Of a DNA stretch of 64,000 bases, positions 51,181-61,329 are shown piece after piece (position 1 is the stretch's first letter; each line of letters starts with the position of its first letter). The stretch covers positions 8,126-72,125 of the forward strand of contig NZ_DASSYD010000207.1 of assembly GCF_035703485.1 (NCBI RefSeq). Reading direction: 5' to 3'. This DNA is from Dokdonella sp. (GTDB lineage: Bacteria > Pseudomonadota > Gammaproteobacteria > Xanthomonadales > Rhodanobacteraceae). The position numbers and the translations under genes were made by a program. The notes beneath the pieces were generated by a model that was given only the letters and a program-made list of their open reading frames with translations, was not told the DNA's origin and did not search any database.

Positions 51181-51409
51181 GCAAAAGCGCCCCGCAAAGC
51201 CACCTGCGACAGGCTGCCGCAAGCGCTGCAAGGCTTGACGGTCAAGGCTCTGAGCCATTTGCGTTTGGACCAGCGACAGGACACGCTTGCATCCCACCCT
51301 GGCCTGCGTGAGTCTGTGCATTGATCATGCCCCCATCAGCAACACCCCTTCTCTCATTCATGCTTGACTGCGCTGCCCACGTTGCGGGTCGCGCGATCGC
51401 AATCGACCC

Positions 51410-52156
51410 ATGAACGGTTCACTGACAATCGTTGCCGCGTTGCTGCTCGGCTTGCTCGCCAGCGGTCATTGCATGTTGATGTGCGGAGGCATTTCGATGG
51501 CTCTCGGCGTTGCCACGGCCAAAGATGAGCGCGGCCGGCCGCGCCGCCTCCTGCTGCTCGGCTACCAGCTTGGTCGAATCTCTTCCTACGCATTGGCCGG
51601 CCTTCTGATCGGAACGATTGGCGGTGGCTTGATCGCGGTGCTCGATATCGAACGCGTGCGCCTCGCACTGCGTATCGCCAGCGCCGCGGCGTTGTTGATT
51701 GCGGCCCTGGTCATGCTCGGCGTGCTGCGTGATCCCGGCTCCGGGATCGGCAAGCGGCTGTGGTCAAAGATCGCCCCACTCGGGCGGCGCCTGATGCCGG
51801 TGTCAAACCTGCCGCGGGCGTTTGCCTTCGGTGCACTCTGGGGCTGGATGCCGTGCGGACTGGTCTATACCGTGCTGCTGATTGCCGCACTCAATGCCCA
51901 GGCCTGGTCCTCGGCGGCAATCATGGCCGCGTTTGGCCTGGGCACCTTGCCGGCCATGCTGATGACTTCATGGGGTGCGCCGCGCCTGCTCGGCATCTTC
52001 TCGAATGTCCGCTTGCGTCGATCCGCCGGTATCGTCTTGCTGGCCAGTGCTGCGCTGACCCTGGCCGGGCCGTTGCTGATCGGGCACGCGCCCTGGCTGC
52101 AGGGCTGGTTGCCGTTTGATTGCAGCCCCGTTACGCCATCGCAAACGGTGAAGTAA
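51410..52156 (+). CDS. DsbD_2/TauE-like membrane protein with an HCxxMCGG motif
   Basis: LLASGHCMLMCGGISMALG, then about 6 TM spans and a second GWMPCGLVY motif. Family members often accompany cbb3/anaerobic gene sets. Confidence 0.7.
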   Translation: MNGSLTIVAALLLGLLASGHCMLMCGGISMALGVATAKDERGRPRRLLLLGYQLGRISSYALAGLLIGTIGGGLIAVLDIERVRLALRIASAAALLIAALVMLGVLRDPGSGIGKRLWSKIAPLGRRLMPVSNLPRAFAFGALWGWMPCGLVYTVLLIAALNAQAWSSAAIMAAFGLGTLPAMLMTSWGAPRLLGIFSNVRLRRSAGIVLLASAALTLAGPLLIGHAPWLQGWLPFDCSPVTPSQTVK

Positions 52157-53590
52157 TCAAAGTGCGTTCGAGTAGACCGGCTTGTTCTCGCTAGCGGCCA
52201 TGCCGAGATAGGCATCGAAACACATGGCGACAATCCGCAACAGAAAGCGGCCGCGCGCGGTGACCCGGATCTGACCCGGTGGCAGATCAACAAGACCGTC
52301 GGCCTGCAACGATCTCAGACGTACCAGCTCCGACGAGAAGTAGTCTTCGAAATCGATGTCGAAGTGACGACCAAATGCCTGCATGTCGAGTTCGCCGAGG
52401 CACATGAGCTGCTGGATCACCTCAGCACGGATCACATCGTCATCACTGAGCAACATGCCACGTTGCATTGGCAGTTGGCCGTGGTCAATCGCCATGTAGT
52501 AGCCCTGCAGATTGCGCGCATTCTGGTGGAAGCTGCGGCCGATATGACCGATCGAACTCATGCCAAGACCAATCAGATCGCAATCGCCATGAGTTGAGTA
52601 GCCCTGGAAATTTCGCTGCATCGTGCCCTTGCGCTGGGCGCGCGCGAGATCATCGTCGGGCAAGGCGAAATGATCGAGTCCGATAAAGCGGAATCCAGCG
52701 GCTGCCAGTGTCTCCACGGTCTGACCAATCAGCGCGAGGCGAGTCGCCGCATCGGGCAGGTCAGCGGCCTTGATCTGGTGCTGCGCGCGGAAGCGCTCCG
52801 GCATGTGCGCGTACGAGTAAGTCGCGATCCGATCAGGTCGCAACGCAATGACCGCATCCAGAGTGCGGGCAAACTTCGCGGTCGTCTGTTTCGGCAAACC
52901 ATGGATCAGATCGACACTGACCGAGCGGAAGCCGACTTCGCGTGCCGTGTCGATGATTTCGCGCGTCTGCTCGACGCTCTGCACGCGATTGACCGCGAGC
53001 TGCACATCGTGATCGAAGTCCTGAATGCCGAGGGAAAGCCGATTGAAGCCGGCATTCGCCAGCATGCGAACCGTCGCCGCATCGGCAAAGCGGGGATCGA
53101 CCTCGATACCGAATTCCCGATCCGGCTCATCGGAAAGATTGAACCCGCCACGCAGCGCATCGAGCAAGCGAATCATCTGTTCGGCATCGAGAAAGTTCGG
53201 CGTGCCTCCGCCCAGATGCAACTGGTTGACGCGCCGATCCCGATCGAACATCGGTGCCGTCAGCTCGATCTCGCGCAGCAAGCGCCCAAGATATTCATCG
53301 GCGCGTCGCCGATCCCGGGTAATGATGCGCGTGCATCCGCAATAGAAGCACGGGCTCAGACAAAACGGTATGTGCACATAGATCGATAGCGCGCGCGGAA
53401 TCGGATCCTCGTTCGAGGCGCGAACGATGGCGCGCAATTCCGCCTCGGAGAATTTTTCATGGAACTGCGGCGCAGTCGGATACGAGGTGTAGCGAGGCCC
53501 GCGAATGTCGTAGCGAGCGACCAGCTCCGCATCGAACACCTGGGTGCTTGCGGAAATCGGCGATGGATGAAAATGAGTGAGCGTGGCCAT
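52157..53590 (-). CDS. hemN: Oxygen-independent coproporphyrinogen III oxidase (radical SAM)
   Basis: Start trimmed to MATLTHFHPSP. RGPRYTSYPTAPQF, the radical-SAM motif YVHIPFCLSPCFYCGC, and HLGGGTPNFL. Confidence 0.9.
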   Translation of the reverse strand: MATLTHFHPSPISASTQVFDAELVARYDIRGPRYTSYPTAPQFHEKFSEAELRAIVRASNEDPIPRALSIYVHIPFCLSPCFYCGCTRIITRDRRRADEYLGRLLREIELTAPMFDRDRRVNQLHLGGGTPNFLDAEQMIRLLDALRGGFNLSDEPDREFGIEVDPRFADAATVRMLANAGFNRLSLGIQDFDHDVQLAVNRVQSVEQTREIIDTAREVGFRSVSVDLIHGLPKQTTAKFARTLDAVIALRPDRIATYSYAHMPERFRAQHQIKAADLPDAATRLALIGQTVETLAAAGFRFIGLDHFALPDDDLARAQRKGTMQRNFQGYSTHGDCDLIGLGMSSIGHIGRSFHQNARNLQGYYMAIDHGQLPMQRGMLLSDDDVIRAEVIQQLMCLGELDMQAFGRHFDIDFEDYFSSELVRLRSLQADGLVDLPPGQIRVTARGRFLLRIVAMCFDAYLGMAASENKPVYSNAL

Positions 53591-53624
53591 GCGTGGATCC
53601 TGCGCGAAGCCGGCCATGCCCGCC

Positions 53625-53638
53625 TTGATCCATGTCAA
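53625..53638. promoter_or_regulatory. FNR box (TTGAT-N4-GTCAA) upstream of hemN
   Basis: ttgatccatgtcaa, centred about 41 bp upstream of the hemN ATG. Confidence 0.7.
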
Positions 53639-53649
53639 CCGGAATTGCG

Positions 53650-53726
<77 letters not shown>

Positions 53727-53984
53727 GTTGCGGGTTTCTCGTGGATGCTGGTGGTGATTCGGCTGGATCGCCAATCTTGCGTGCAGCGCAATCACCGATG
53801 ACGGCGGGCCGATTCAACCCGTCTGTTCCGTCGAGGCGCGCGATTGTAGCGGTAACGGCACCCGTGTGGGCAGTCGGCGTCTGCTCGGGTTGCCTCATTT
53901 CAACGGAAATCAAAGGTTGGACGCCGTCAGCACTTGCCCGGACAATGGCAAATATCGGTCACTGTTGCGGAAGTCCAGTCTCGC

Positions 53985-55304
53985 ATGCGCATTTTTTCGC
54001 TGGAAGGGAAACTCGCTGCCGCCCTGTTGCTGTGGTCGATACTGACGGCGGCGTGCGTGGCACTTCTGATCGCCTGGCTCGATACCCCGGTCATTGCGGC
54101 GACATTCGCGGTGCTGATTTTGTGCCTGCCTGGCTTGTGGCTGGCCCGACGTCTCGCTCGTCCCGTGGCCGCCCTGATCCGCGCCCTCTCCGGCAGCGTG
54201 ACGGCTTTTGGCGATGGCGATTTCAGCTTCTCGATTCGCAATACGCGACGCGATGAGGTCGGCGATCTGGTCGATGCGCACAATGAACTCGGTCGCGTAT
54301 TGCGCGAACAGCGACAAAACCTTTTCCAGCGTGAGCTGCTGCTCGATACCGTGGTGCAGAACACGCCAACCGCACTGACCCTGATTGAGCCCGGTGGACA
54401 TGTGGTCTATGCCAATCTGGCGGCTCGCGCACTCTTGAATGGCGGTCGTGCGATGAACGGCTCGCTGATCGACACGATCGTTTCCGAGGCGCCGCCACAA
54501 TTCGCCGAAGCGCTGTCGGCTGGAGCGGACTCCTTGTTCAGCGTGGAACTCAATCACGAGGAAGAAACTTTCCATCTCTCACAGCGGACATTCAAGCTGC
54601 AGGGACGGACCCATCGCATGATCCTGCTTCGACGCATGACTCGCGAACTGTCGCGCCAGGAGGTCGCAACCTGGAAAAAAGTCATCCGCGTTGTCAGCCA
54701 TGAGCTGAACAATTCCCTGGCACCGATTCGCTCGTTGTCGCACTCCGGCAGGGAACTGGCGCGGCGCGGCGAGTTGCAGCGTCTTGAACAGGTATTCGGC
54801 ACCATCGAGGAGCGCGCCGAACACCTGGGCAGTTTTGTCCAGGGCTATGCGCATTTCGCCAAATTGCCGACCCCGCGGGCTTCATCGATCGAATGGGCGC
54901 CATTTCTGGCGGCGCTGGGACAGCACTCGCAGTTCACCCTCGCAGGGCTACCGCCAGCGAACCCGGGTTGGTTCGATCGTGCGCAGATCGAGCAGATGTT
55001 GATCAACCTGCTCAAGAACGCGCGTGAATCAGGCAGCGATCCCGATTCCATTGAATTGGCCATTGGAGAGCGTGGACGCGAACTGCGCATCGATGTCCGT
55101 GATCGCGGCCCGGGCATGTCCGAAACGGTGCTGTCGAATGCCTTGCTGCCATTTTATTCAACCAAGCGCAGCGGCAGCGGCCTCGGCCTGGCCCTGGCTC
55201 GCGAAATCGCCGAAGCCCATGATGGGCGGCTGCAATTGGCGAATCGGGCCGGGGGAGGGCTGCAAGTCAGTCTGATTCTGCCGCAGGGCATCAGGCCAAA
55301 TTGA
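53985..55304 (+). CDS. Membrane sensor histidine kinase (HAMP + sensor + HisKA + HATPase), no adjacent response regulator
   Basis: Two TM spans, a HAMP-like region ([23 protein letters not shown]), the H-box [14 protein letters not shown]-box [11 protein letters not shown], and G-boxes DRGPGM and GSGLGLAL. Confidence 0.8.
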   Translation: MRIFSLEGKLAAALLLWSILTAACVALLIAWLDTPVIAATFAVLILCLPGLWLARRLARPVAALIRALSGSVTAFGDGDFSFSIRNTRRDEVGDLVDAHNELGRVLREQRQNLFQRELLLDTVVQNTPTALTLIEPGGHVVYANLAARALLNGGRAMNGSLIDTIVSEAPPQFAEALSAGADSLFSVELNHEEETFHLSQRTFKLQGRTHRMILLRRMTRELSRQEVATWKKVIRVVSHELNNSLAPIRSLSHSGRELARRGELQRLEQVFGTIEERAEHLGSFVQGYAHFAKLPTPRASSIEWAPFLAALGQHSQFTLAGLPPANPGWFDRAQIEQMLINLLKNARESGSDPDSIELAIGERGRELRIDVRDRGPGMSETVLSNALLPFYSTKRSGSGLGLALAREIAEAHDGRLQLANRAGGGLQVSLILPQGIRPN

Positions 55305-55365
55305 ATACCTTTGCACGCACAGTCCTGCTAGATTGCTCCGACCTGAATTCGCGCGGAGAGCGAAA

Positions 55366-56328
55366 ATGAGTGGTGGTTTTTTTGTTGGCCTTGTCATCGT
55401 TGTCATCGCGTTTATCGTGCTGGCCAAGCTCGTGCGCATTGTTCCGCAGGGATTCGAGTGGACCGTACAACGCTGGGGCAAGTACACGCATACGCTGAGT
55501 CCGGGCTTCCATTTGCTCGTTCCAATCGTGCAAACGGTCGGACACAAGATCAACATGATGGAACAAGTGCTCGATGTGCCCTCGCAGGAAGTCATCACCA
55601 AGGACAATGCGGTTGTCCGCGTCGATGGTGTCGTCTTCTATCAGGTACTCGATGCAGCCAAGGCGGCCTACGAGGTGTCCAGTCTCGAACAGGCGTCGCT
55701 GGCTCTGGTCATGACCAATATCCGAACCGTGCTCGGCTCGATGGATCTCGATGAGTCGCTGAGCAAACGCGACGTCATCAACGCCAAATTGCTCACCGTG
55801 GTCGACGAGGCCACCCACCCATGGGGCGTCAAAGTCACACGCATCGAGATCAAGGACATTTCGCCTCCACGCGATCTGATTGAGTCAATGGCGAGGCAGA
55901 TGAAAGCCGAACGCGAGAAGCGCGCCAACATCCTCGAAGCCGAAGGTTTCCGCCAGGCTGCGATCCTCAAGGCCGATGGCGAGAAGCAGGCCGCCATCCT
56001 CGAAGCCGAAGGTGAGCGCGAAGCCGCGTTTCGCGAAGCCGAGGCACGCGAACGACTGGCTGAGGCCGAAGCCAAGGCGACGACCATGGTCTCCGATGCA
56101 ATCGCCGGCGGCGATATCAACGCGATCAACTATTTCGTTGCCAACAAGTATGTCGAGGCACTCAAGGAAATGGCCAATTCACCGAATCAGAAGATGTTGC
56201 TGATGCCATTCGAGGCCAGCGGCATCATCGGCTCACTGGCCGGAATTGCCGAGATCGCCAGGAACGCCTTTGACAAGACTCCGCCGCCGCCACCCGCGCC
56301 GCGCAGCGGCCCATCGATCATGCGCTGA
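55366..56328 (+). CDS. SPFH/band-7 (stomatin/QmcA-like) protein
   Basis: [32 protein letters not shown]...[18 protein letters not shown]...EAEGEREA coiled-coil tail. Confidence 0.9.
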   Translation: MSGGFFVGLVIVVIAFIVLAKLVRIVPQGFEWTVQRWGKYTHTLSPGFHLLVPIVQTVGHKINMMEQVLDVPSQEVITKDNAVVRVDGVVFYQVLDAAKAAYEVSSLEQASLALVMTNIRTVLGSMDLDESLSKRDVINAKLLTVVDEATHPWGVKVTRIEIKDISPPRDLIESMARQMKAEREKRANILEAEGFRQAAILKADGEKQAAILEAEGEREAAFREAEARERLAEAEAKATTMVSDAIAGGDINAINYFVANKYVEALKEMANSPNQKMLLMPFEASGIIGSLAGIAEIARNAFDKTPPPPPAPRSGPSIMR

Positions 56329-56341
56329 GCAGGAAGCCGAT

Positions 56342-56803
56342 ATGGAAAGTTCGATCTCCAGCCTTCTGGCCAGCTACGGTTGGTGGTTACTGGCTCTGCT
56401 GCTGATCGCGGCAGAGATGATTACGCCTGGCTATTTTCTGCTCTGGATCGGACTTGCCTCGGCCGTGATGGGCCTGATCATGCTGGCCGTGCCGGGCCTG
56501 GCATTTCTCGCACAAGCGGTGCTCTTCGCCCTGCTTTCCATCGCCTTGTGTTTCGTCTACTGGAAATACATCCGTCCCGCTGCAGAGCGACGCGACGATC
56601 AGCCGCTGCTGAACAGAAAAGGCGACCGCATGATCGGTCGCCGCGTGACCGTGGTCGATGCCATCGTCAACGGTCGCGGCAAGGCCAAGGTCGGTGATTC
56701 TGTCTGGCTGATTCAGGGCGAGGATTGTGCGTCCGGAACGTCCGTAACGGTCACTGCAGTCATTGGCACGACCCTGCAAGTGGTTGCGGATCCGCAGCCC
56801 TGA
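56342..56803 (+). CDS. NfeD-family membrane protein (partner of the SPFH protein)
   Basis: Three TM spans followed by a C-terminal OB-like domain (GRRVTVVDAIVNGRGKAKVGDSVWLIQGED). This is the canonical SPFH-NfeD gene pair. Confidence 0.85.
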   Translation: MESSISSLLASYGWWLLALLLIAAEMITPGYFLLWIGLASAVMGLIMLAVPGLAFLAQAVLFALLSIALCFVYWKYIRPAAERRDDQPLLNRKGDRMIGRRVTVVDAIVNGRGKAKVGDSVWLIQGEDCASGTSVTVTAVIGTTLQVVADPQP

Positions 56804-56898
56804 CCCGGCGGGCGGTCGCACTGCCTGACCGGACCTCCCGACACAGGCGCCAGCGCCGTCCATTTTCTATAATCGATTGTTCAAACTAGGTTGACGAC

Positions 56899-57981
56899 AT
56901 GACCCGCAAAACGGTTCTGAACGAGTCGCATCGCGCGCTCGGAGCAAAAATGGTCGATTTCGGTGGCTGGGACATGCCACTGAATTACGGTTCGCAGATC
57001 GACGAACACCACGCGGTACGCCGCGATGCCGGCATGTTTGATGTTTCGCACATGACCGTGGTCGACATGCATGGGCCACGCACTCGGGAGTTTCTGCGCC
57101 ATCTGCTGGCCAATAACATCGACAAGCTCAAACGGCCCGGCAAGGCACTGTATTCGTGCATGCTCAATGCCGAGGGCGGCGTGATCGATGATCTTATCGT
57201 CTACTACGTCGAGGACGATTTCTTCCGCACCGTCGTCAATGCCTCAACCCGTGAAAAGGATCTGGCATGGATCAGCCAGCAGGCAGCGACTTTCGGCGTG
57301 CAAATCCGTGAGCGCGATGATCTTGCGATGATCGCTGCCCAGGGCCCGCAAGCCCGTGACAAGGTGGCATCAGTGCTCGATGCGGAGCTTGCCGCTCGTG
57401 CGCTCACGCTGGCAAAGTTCGTTGCCGTGCAGGATGGCGACCTGTTCATTGCCCGCACCGGCTACACCGGCGAAGACGGTTACGAAATCATGCTGGCCGA
57501 ATCGGCAGCGATTGAGATGTGGAGTCGACTCATTGCCGCCGGCATCAAACCGGCAGGACTCGGCGCGCGCGACACCCTGCGACTGGAAGCGGGGATGAAC
57601 CTGTATGGCCAGGACATGGATGAGTCCATTACGCCGTGGGAAGCCGGTCTTGGCTGGACAGTGTCGCTGGACGAAGGTCGCGACTTTATCGGCCGTGCTG
57701 CTCTGGAAGCCCAGAAGGCCTCCGGCGTGCCGCGCAAGATGATCGGCATCGTCATGGACGAGAAAGGCGTTCTGCGCCATGGCCAGACCGTCATCACTGA
57801 TGCCGGCAATGGTGAAATCCTGTCAGGCACGTTTTCTCCGACCCTCGGCAAGGCGATTGGCTTTGCGCGCATTCCTGCCAACGCGGGTGAGGAGGTGCAC
57901 GTCGATATTCGCGGACGCCAGATTCCGGTGCGCGTGGTCAAATATCCGTTTGTGCGTGATGGTCAGGCGGTAGCTGATTGA
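56899..57981 (+). CDS. gcvT: Glycine cleavage system aminomethyltransferase T
   Basis: [46 protein letters not shown]... Confidence 0.95.
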   Translation: MTRKTVLNESHRALGAKMVDFGGWDMPLNYGSQIDEHHAVRRDAGMFDVSHMTVVDMHGPRTREFLRHLLANNIDKLKRPGKALYSCMLNAEGGVIDDLIVYYVEDDFFRTVVNASTREKDLAWISQQAATFGVQIRERDDLAMIAAQGPQARDKVASVLDAELAARALTLAKFVAVQDGDLFIARTGYTGEDGYEIMLAESAAIEMWSRLIAAGIKPAGLGARDTLRLEAGMNLYGQDMDESITPWEAGLGWTVSLDEGRDFIGRAALEAQKASGVPRKMIGIVMDEKGVLRHGQTVITDAGNGEILSGTFSPTLGKAIGFARIPANAGEEVHVDIRGRQIPVRVVKYPFVRDGQAVAD

Positions 57982-58061
57982 GTTTCGCCGCCCATTGCTG
58001 TGGCTGATAGAATCCGCAACGAGCTTTTCCCTACCTCGACCCTTCATCCAGGCCAGAAGAC

Positions 58062-58457
58062 ATGAAAGAAATACCCGGTGATCTGTTGTTCCTCAAATCC
58101 CACGAGTGGGTCCGTGTTGAAGATGACGGCACGGCTACTGTCGGCATTTCCGACCATGCGCAGGGCTTGCTCGGTGATCTGGTCTATGTCGAACTTCCAG
58201 ACGTTGGCGATAGCGCGAAGCCGGGAACGGCGGCGGCGGTTGTCGAATCCGTCAAGGCAGCTTCGGACGTATATTCTCCGGTCAGTGGTGAGATCGTCGC
58301 AGTCAACGAAGCCCTCGCCGATACTCCGGAAACGATCAACGAAGATGCCTATGGCGAGGGTTGGATTTTCGTCGTCAAACTCGATAGTCGCGACGAGCTC
58401 GATGACATGCTCGGACCCGACGCATATGCCGAGCTGATTGAAAACGAGGAAGGCTGA
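58062..58457 (+). CDS. gcvH: Glycine cleavage system protein H
   Basis: [24 protein letters not shown]...[16 protein letters not shown] (lipoyl-Lys motif). Confidence 0.95.
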   Translation: MKEIPGDLLFLKSHEWVRVEDDGTATVGISDHAQGLLGDLVYVELPDVGDSAKPGTAAAVVESVKAASDVYSPVSGEIVAVNEALADTPETINEDAYGEGWIFVVKLDSRDELDDMLGPDAYAELIENEEG

Positions 58458-58491
58458 GTCGAATTCACACCAGTCGTCTTGAGTACATGGA

Positions 58492-58524
58492 AGCGGGCCA
58501 GGGAAATCTGGCTCGCTTTTTTTT
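58492..58524 (+). terminator. Rho-independent terminator after gcvH
   Basis: agcgggcca-gggaaatc-tggctcgct followed by T8. Confidence 0.7.
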
Positions 58525-58856
58525 GCTCTCAATGCGCGTTCAAGCAAAATAATTCTCGCCTTCATTTGGCTGCGGTTTAGCTTGTCGCGGCATCACTTTT
58601 CGTCGTTGAAGCAGGGACTTGAATGATGACAATTCAATCGATCGGCGAAGCAATGAATGAGAGCAGATTGCAGGTTTTAACCCGCCATAGGGCGATATAT
58701 CTAGCTATCCGGGTTTTGTCCTGAATTATGTCGGGACGTATAAACGTCTATATGGCTCATACAAAACAGTTGGACTCATTGCACGTTACTGAAAGTTCAG
58801 CGCGGCACTGGCACTGGCGATGGAAACTCCAGAGCCTTGTTTTTTGTCAGAAATCT

Positions 58857-58884
58857 GTTGACACTCGCATCCGACAAGCATAAT
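58857..58884 (+). promoter_or_regulatory. Sigma70-like promoter for the MetJ-like gene
   Basis: TTGACA-16 nt-CATAAT, about 40 bp upstream of the ATG at 58923. Confidence 0.45.
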
Positions 58885-58922
58885 TTTCGCGTCAGCAACA
58901 CTACGGAATCCAAAATAGAATC

Positions 58923-59552
58923 ATGGCTGCATCCAGATTCGTCGAACCCTATATCGAGCACGGCCTGAAATCATCGGCCACAAGAAAAATCACGGTATCG
59001 ATTCCACTGCACATCCTTCGACTTCTGTCCGATGAACGGACCCGGCGCCAGGTAGCGAACCTGCGCCACGCGACAAACAGCAACCTGCTGTGCGAAGCAT
59101 TTCTTCACGCTTTTACTGGGCAACCACTGCCAACTGACGAGGAGTTAAGACGCGATATGGCCACAAAGAAAGCAACAGCGAAAAAGAAACCAGCTGCGAA
59201 GAAACCTGCCGCCAAAAAAGCGGCAAAGAAAGTAGCTGCCAAGAAGGCTCCAGCAAAGAAGAAGACAGCCAAGGCCAAAGTGGCCAAAGCTGTAAAGAAA
59301 GCTCCAGCAAAGAAGGTCGCAGCCAAGAAGGCGCCGGCGAAAAAGGCTCCAGCAAAGAAAGCTGCGAAAAAGACGGTGAAGAAGGTCGCAGCGAAGAAAG
59401 CTCCGGCCAAAAAAGTCGCAAAGAAGGCTGCGAAGAAGAAAACAGCCAGGGCCAAAACAGCGACAGCCATGAAAAAGGCGCCGGCCAAGAAGGCGGCCGC
59501 AAAGAAGGCTCCAGCAAAGAAAGCTGCCAAAAAGGCCGCCAAGAAGAAATAG
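58923..59552 (+). CDS. metJ: MetJ-type ribbon-helix-helix repressor core fused to a histone H1-like Lys/Ala-rich tail (209 aa)
   Basis: Residues 1-78 ([68 protein letters not shown]) match E. coli MetJ as I recall it ([57 protein letters not shown]). Residues 79-209 are (A/P)AKK(A/V) repeats. Confidence 0.8.
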   Translation: MAASRFVEPYIEHGLKSSATRKITVSIPLHILRLLSDERTRRQVANLRHATNSNLLCEAFLHAFTGQPLPTDEELRRDMATKKATAKKKPAAKKPAAKKAAKKVAAKKAPAKKKTAKAKVAKAVKKAPAKKVAAKKAPAKKAPAKKAAKKTVKKVAAKKAPAKKVAKKAAKKKTARAKTATAMKKAPAKKAAAKKAPAKKAAKKAAKKK

Positions 59553-59562
59553 TGTTCCTTGA

Positions 59563-59588
59563 GGTTGGTTGTCGGCTGGCAACCAACC
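59563..59588 (+). terminator. Stem-loop after the MetJ-like gene (no U-tract)
   Basis: ggttggttg-tcggctgg-caaccaacc. Confidence 0.4.
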
Positions 59589-59785
59589 CTTGACTGGACG
59601 CCGCGCATCGCATCGTTGGTGCCAGGCAGTACAGAGTCACTGCACACCAAGTGCAGGTAAATAAGCTTCATGATCCAGCAATCGAACTCCTCTCCCTGCG
59701 GTATGCCCAGCGCAGGGAGAGATTTCGAAAAGCGGATTCAGCTTTTTGAAGTGCTCGAAACTTTCGGCCAGCTGCCCGCGAATAG

Positions 59786-60112
59786 CTACAACCGGGTTTC
59801 AGGCTCCGCCGCATGCAGCTCATCGGGCCTGGTTCGCGACTGAAGAATCCTCGCCACCAGCATTGATCCCGCTGATGATCGAATCAGCGACCATCCGAAG
59901 CTTGCTGTCGAGTGTACCGACCGGGTCACATCGCGCAGTCGACCGCGGCCCATCAGCAGGCCGGCAACGAACCCGCCTCCCACCAGCAAAGTCGGCCGCC
60001 AGCGCTCGAATCTGTCGCTCAGGTCTTCCGTTTTCAGTTTCAGCTTTTGTCGTCGCGCGATCAGATTGACCGAAGCGCTCCGCACCCGTTGGCGATCATC
60101 CTTGAGACTCAT
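59786..60112 (-). CDS. YqjK-like small membrane protein
   Basis: Start trimmed to MSLKDDRQRVRSASVNLIARRQKLKLK...TLLVGGGFVAGLLMG. ATGA overlap with the upstream gene. It is third in a yqjD-yqjE-yqjK-like order. Confidence 0.5.
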   Translation of the reverse strand: MSLKDDRQRVRSASVNLIARRQKLKLKTEDLSDRFERWRPTLLVGGGFVAGLLMGRGRLRDVTRSVHSTASFGWSLIRSSAGSMLVARILQSRTRPDELHAAEPETRL

Positions 60113-60549
60113 GCATCCTCCGGCCCGGTTGCTGAACTGACTTCGTTGTCGTTGACGGATCTGACCGAAACGATCAACGCGCGTGTTTGTGGAAGGCTCA
60201 CATCCCGCCAGCATCGGCGCATCGCCAAAGTTACCCAGACCACGCCGCCCAGATTGATGGCGGCAACCACTGCAACACCAAGAAAAAGGTTTCCGCTGAG
60301 CTGGTAGACGCCGAGCGCAATCGCTGCAATTGTCGATAGCCAGGCGCCAGCGCCGAGCGCAACAAGCGCGAACGCCAGCCAGACAATCGTCAGTGCGCTG
60401 CTGCGTGCCAGGCGAAGCTCGCTGCGCAACAGGCTAAATGACGCCTCAATGACCTGGAGTGCGCCACGCAACGCGTCGCGCATCGTATCCAGCAGCGAAT
60501 CCGCTGTTGCGGGAGCAGCCTCATCGATACTTTCATTTTCTGCCGGCAC
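60109..60549 (-). CDS. YqjE-like (phage-holin-3_6/DUF1469 family) membrane protein
   Basis: LRSELRLARSSALTIVWLAFALVALGAGAWL... and a second TM. GTG start. Confidence 0.65.
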   Translation of the reverse strand: MPAENESIDEAAPATADSLLDTMRDALRGALQVIEASFSLLRSELRLARSSALTIVWLAFALVALGAGAWLSTIAAIALGVYQLSGNLFLGVAVVAAINLGGVVWVTLAMRRCWRDVSLPQTRALIVSVRSVNDNEVSSATGPEDA

Positions 60550-60559
60550 GTTGTTGAAC

Positions 60560-60868
60560 TCAGCGACGACGCATCATGCGCGTAAGCAATACCCCTGCGG
60601 CCACCGCGATTCCGACGGCTGCCAGTGGATGTGCGCGAATCTGCTCCGACGCCACCGTTCCGAGTCGCTTGGCGCCATCGCCGAATCGCTCACCCGCGGC
60701 ATTCAGTTCATCGTGCAGGGCACTGCCGTTGTTGCGCAGGCGCTCGCTGAAGCGACTGGCGCTACTTGCCACCTGATCGATTCCATCGCTTATCTGATCC
60801 GCGATCTTGCTCGTGACCTGATCGTTGCCATCAATCGCCTTGGCTCCTGATTTTGCTGAAGTGTTCAT
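60560..60868 (-). CDS. DUF883/ElaB/YqjD-family C-tail-anchored protein
   Basis: Helical N-terminal region followed by IRAHPLAAVGIAVAAGVLLTRMMRRR, the family-typical tail anchor. AGAGGAA RBS. Confidence 0.75.
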   Translation of the reverse strand: MNTSAKSGAKAIDGNDQVTSKIADQISDGIDQVASSASRFSERLRNNGSALHDELNAAGERFGDGAKRLGTVASEQIRAHPLAAVGIAVAAGVLLTRMMRRR

Positions 60869-61329
60869 GGGAATTCCTCTTTGCGTTCAATGCAGACTTT
60901 GCTGACATGACCCAGCGTCGCGCCAGATATCTGCTGCAACCATGCTTGCACGGGCTCCCTGAAGCCCGCATTGATGGAGGCATCCGGCATGGCAGCGACA
61001 GCTCCCGAATATGGCGTGGCGTGTGCGCAATTTCCGCAGGTGTGACACCTTGCACGGTAATGCGCTATCTTTCTTGCGTCCGTAGGTCAAGTGATGTTGA
61101 GGACAGGGGCGCAGATTTCAAGCGATGCAACACGAATCGCTTGTCTGACGCGGATGCTTCAGAACAGGTACTGCGATGCGCGGACCTGGAAGTGAGCCGG
61201 GCTTTTCAGCCGACTCATTGTCGAGTCGCGCGCCGCGGAACTGTTCAGATATTCCGCTTGAGCTCTTGTTGGGCACGCCACTTGCATGCGTGATTGTCTT
61301 GTCTTGCATTTCCGGAGCGTCTGGCCACC

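Noticed and set aside
56804-56898. Glycine riboswitch upstream of gcvT
   Set aside because: The spacer is only 95 bp and I could not find the conserved GGAGAG...CACCG / CUCUGGAGAG cores. It contains a TATAAT-like hexamer (ctataat) instead, so an ordinary promoter is more likely.
59105-59671. Three minus-strand ORFs (145-188 aa) rich in Phe/Leu/Ala opposite the Lys/Ala tail
   Set aside because: They are reverse-complement readings of the AAG/GCN repeat (giving CTT/NGC codons). The plus strand has the recognisable MetJ domain, promoter and start.
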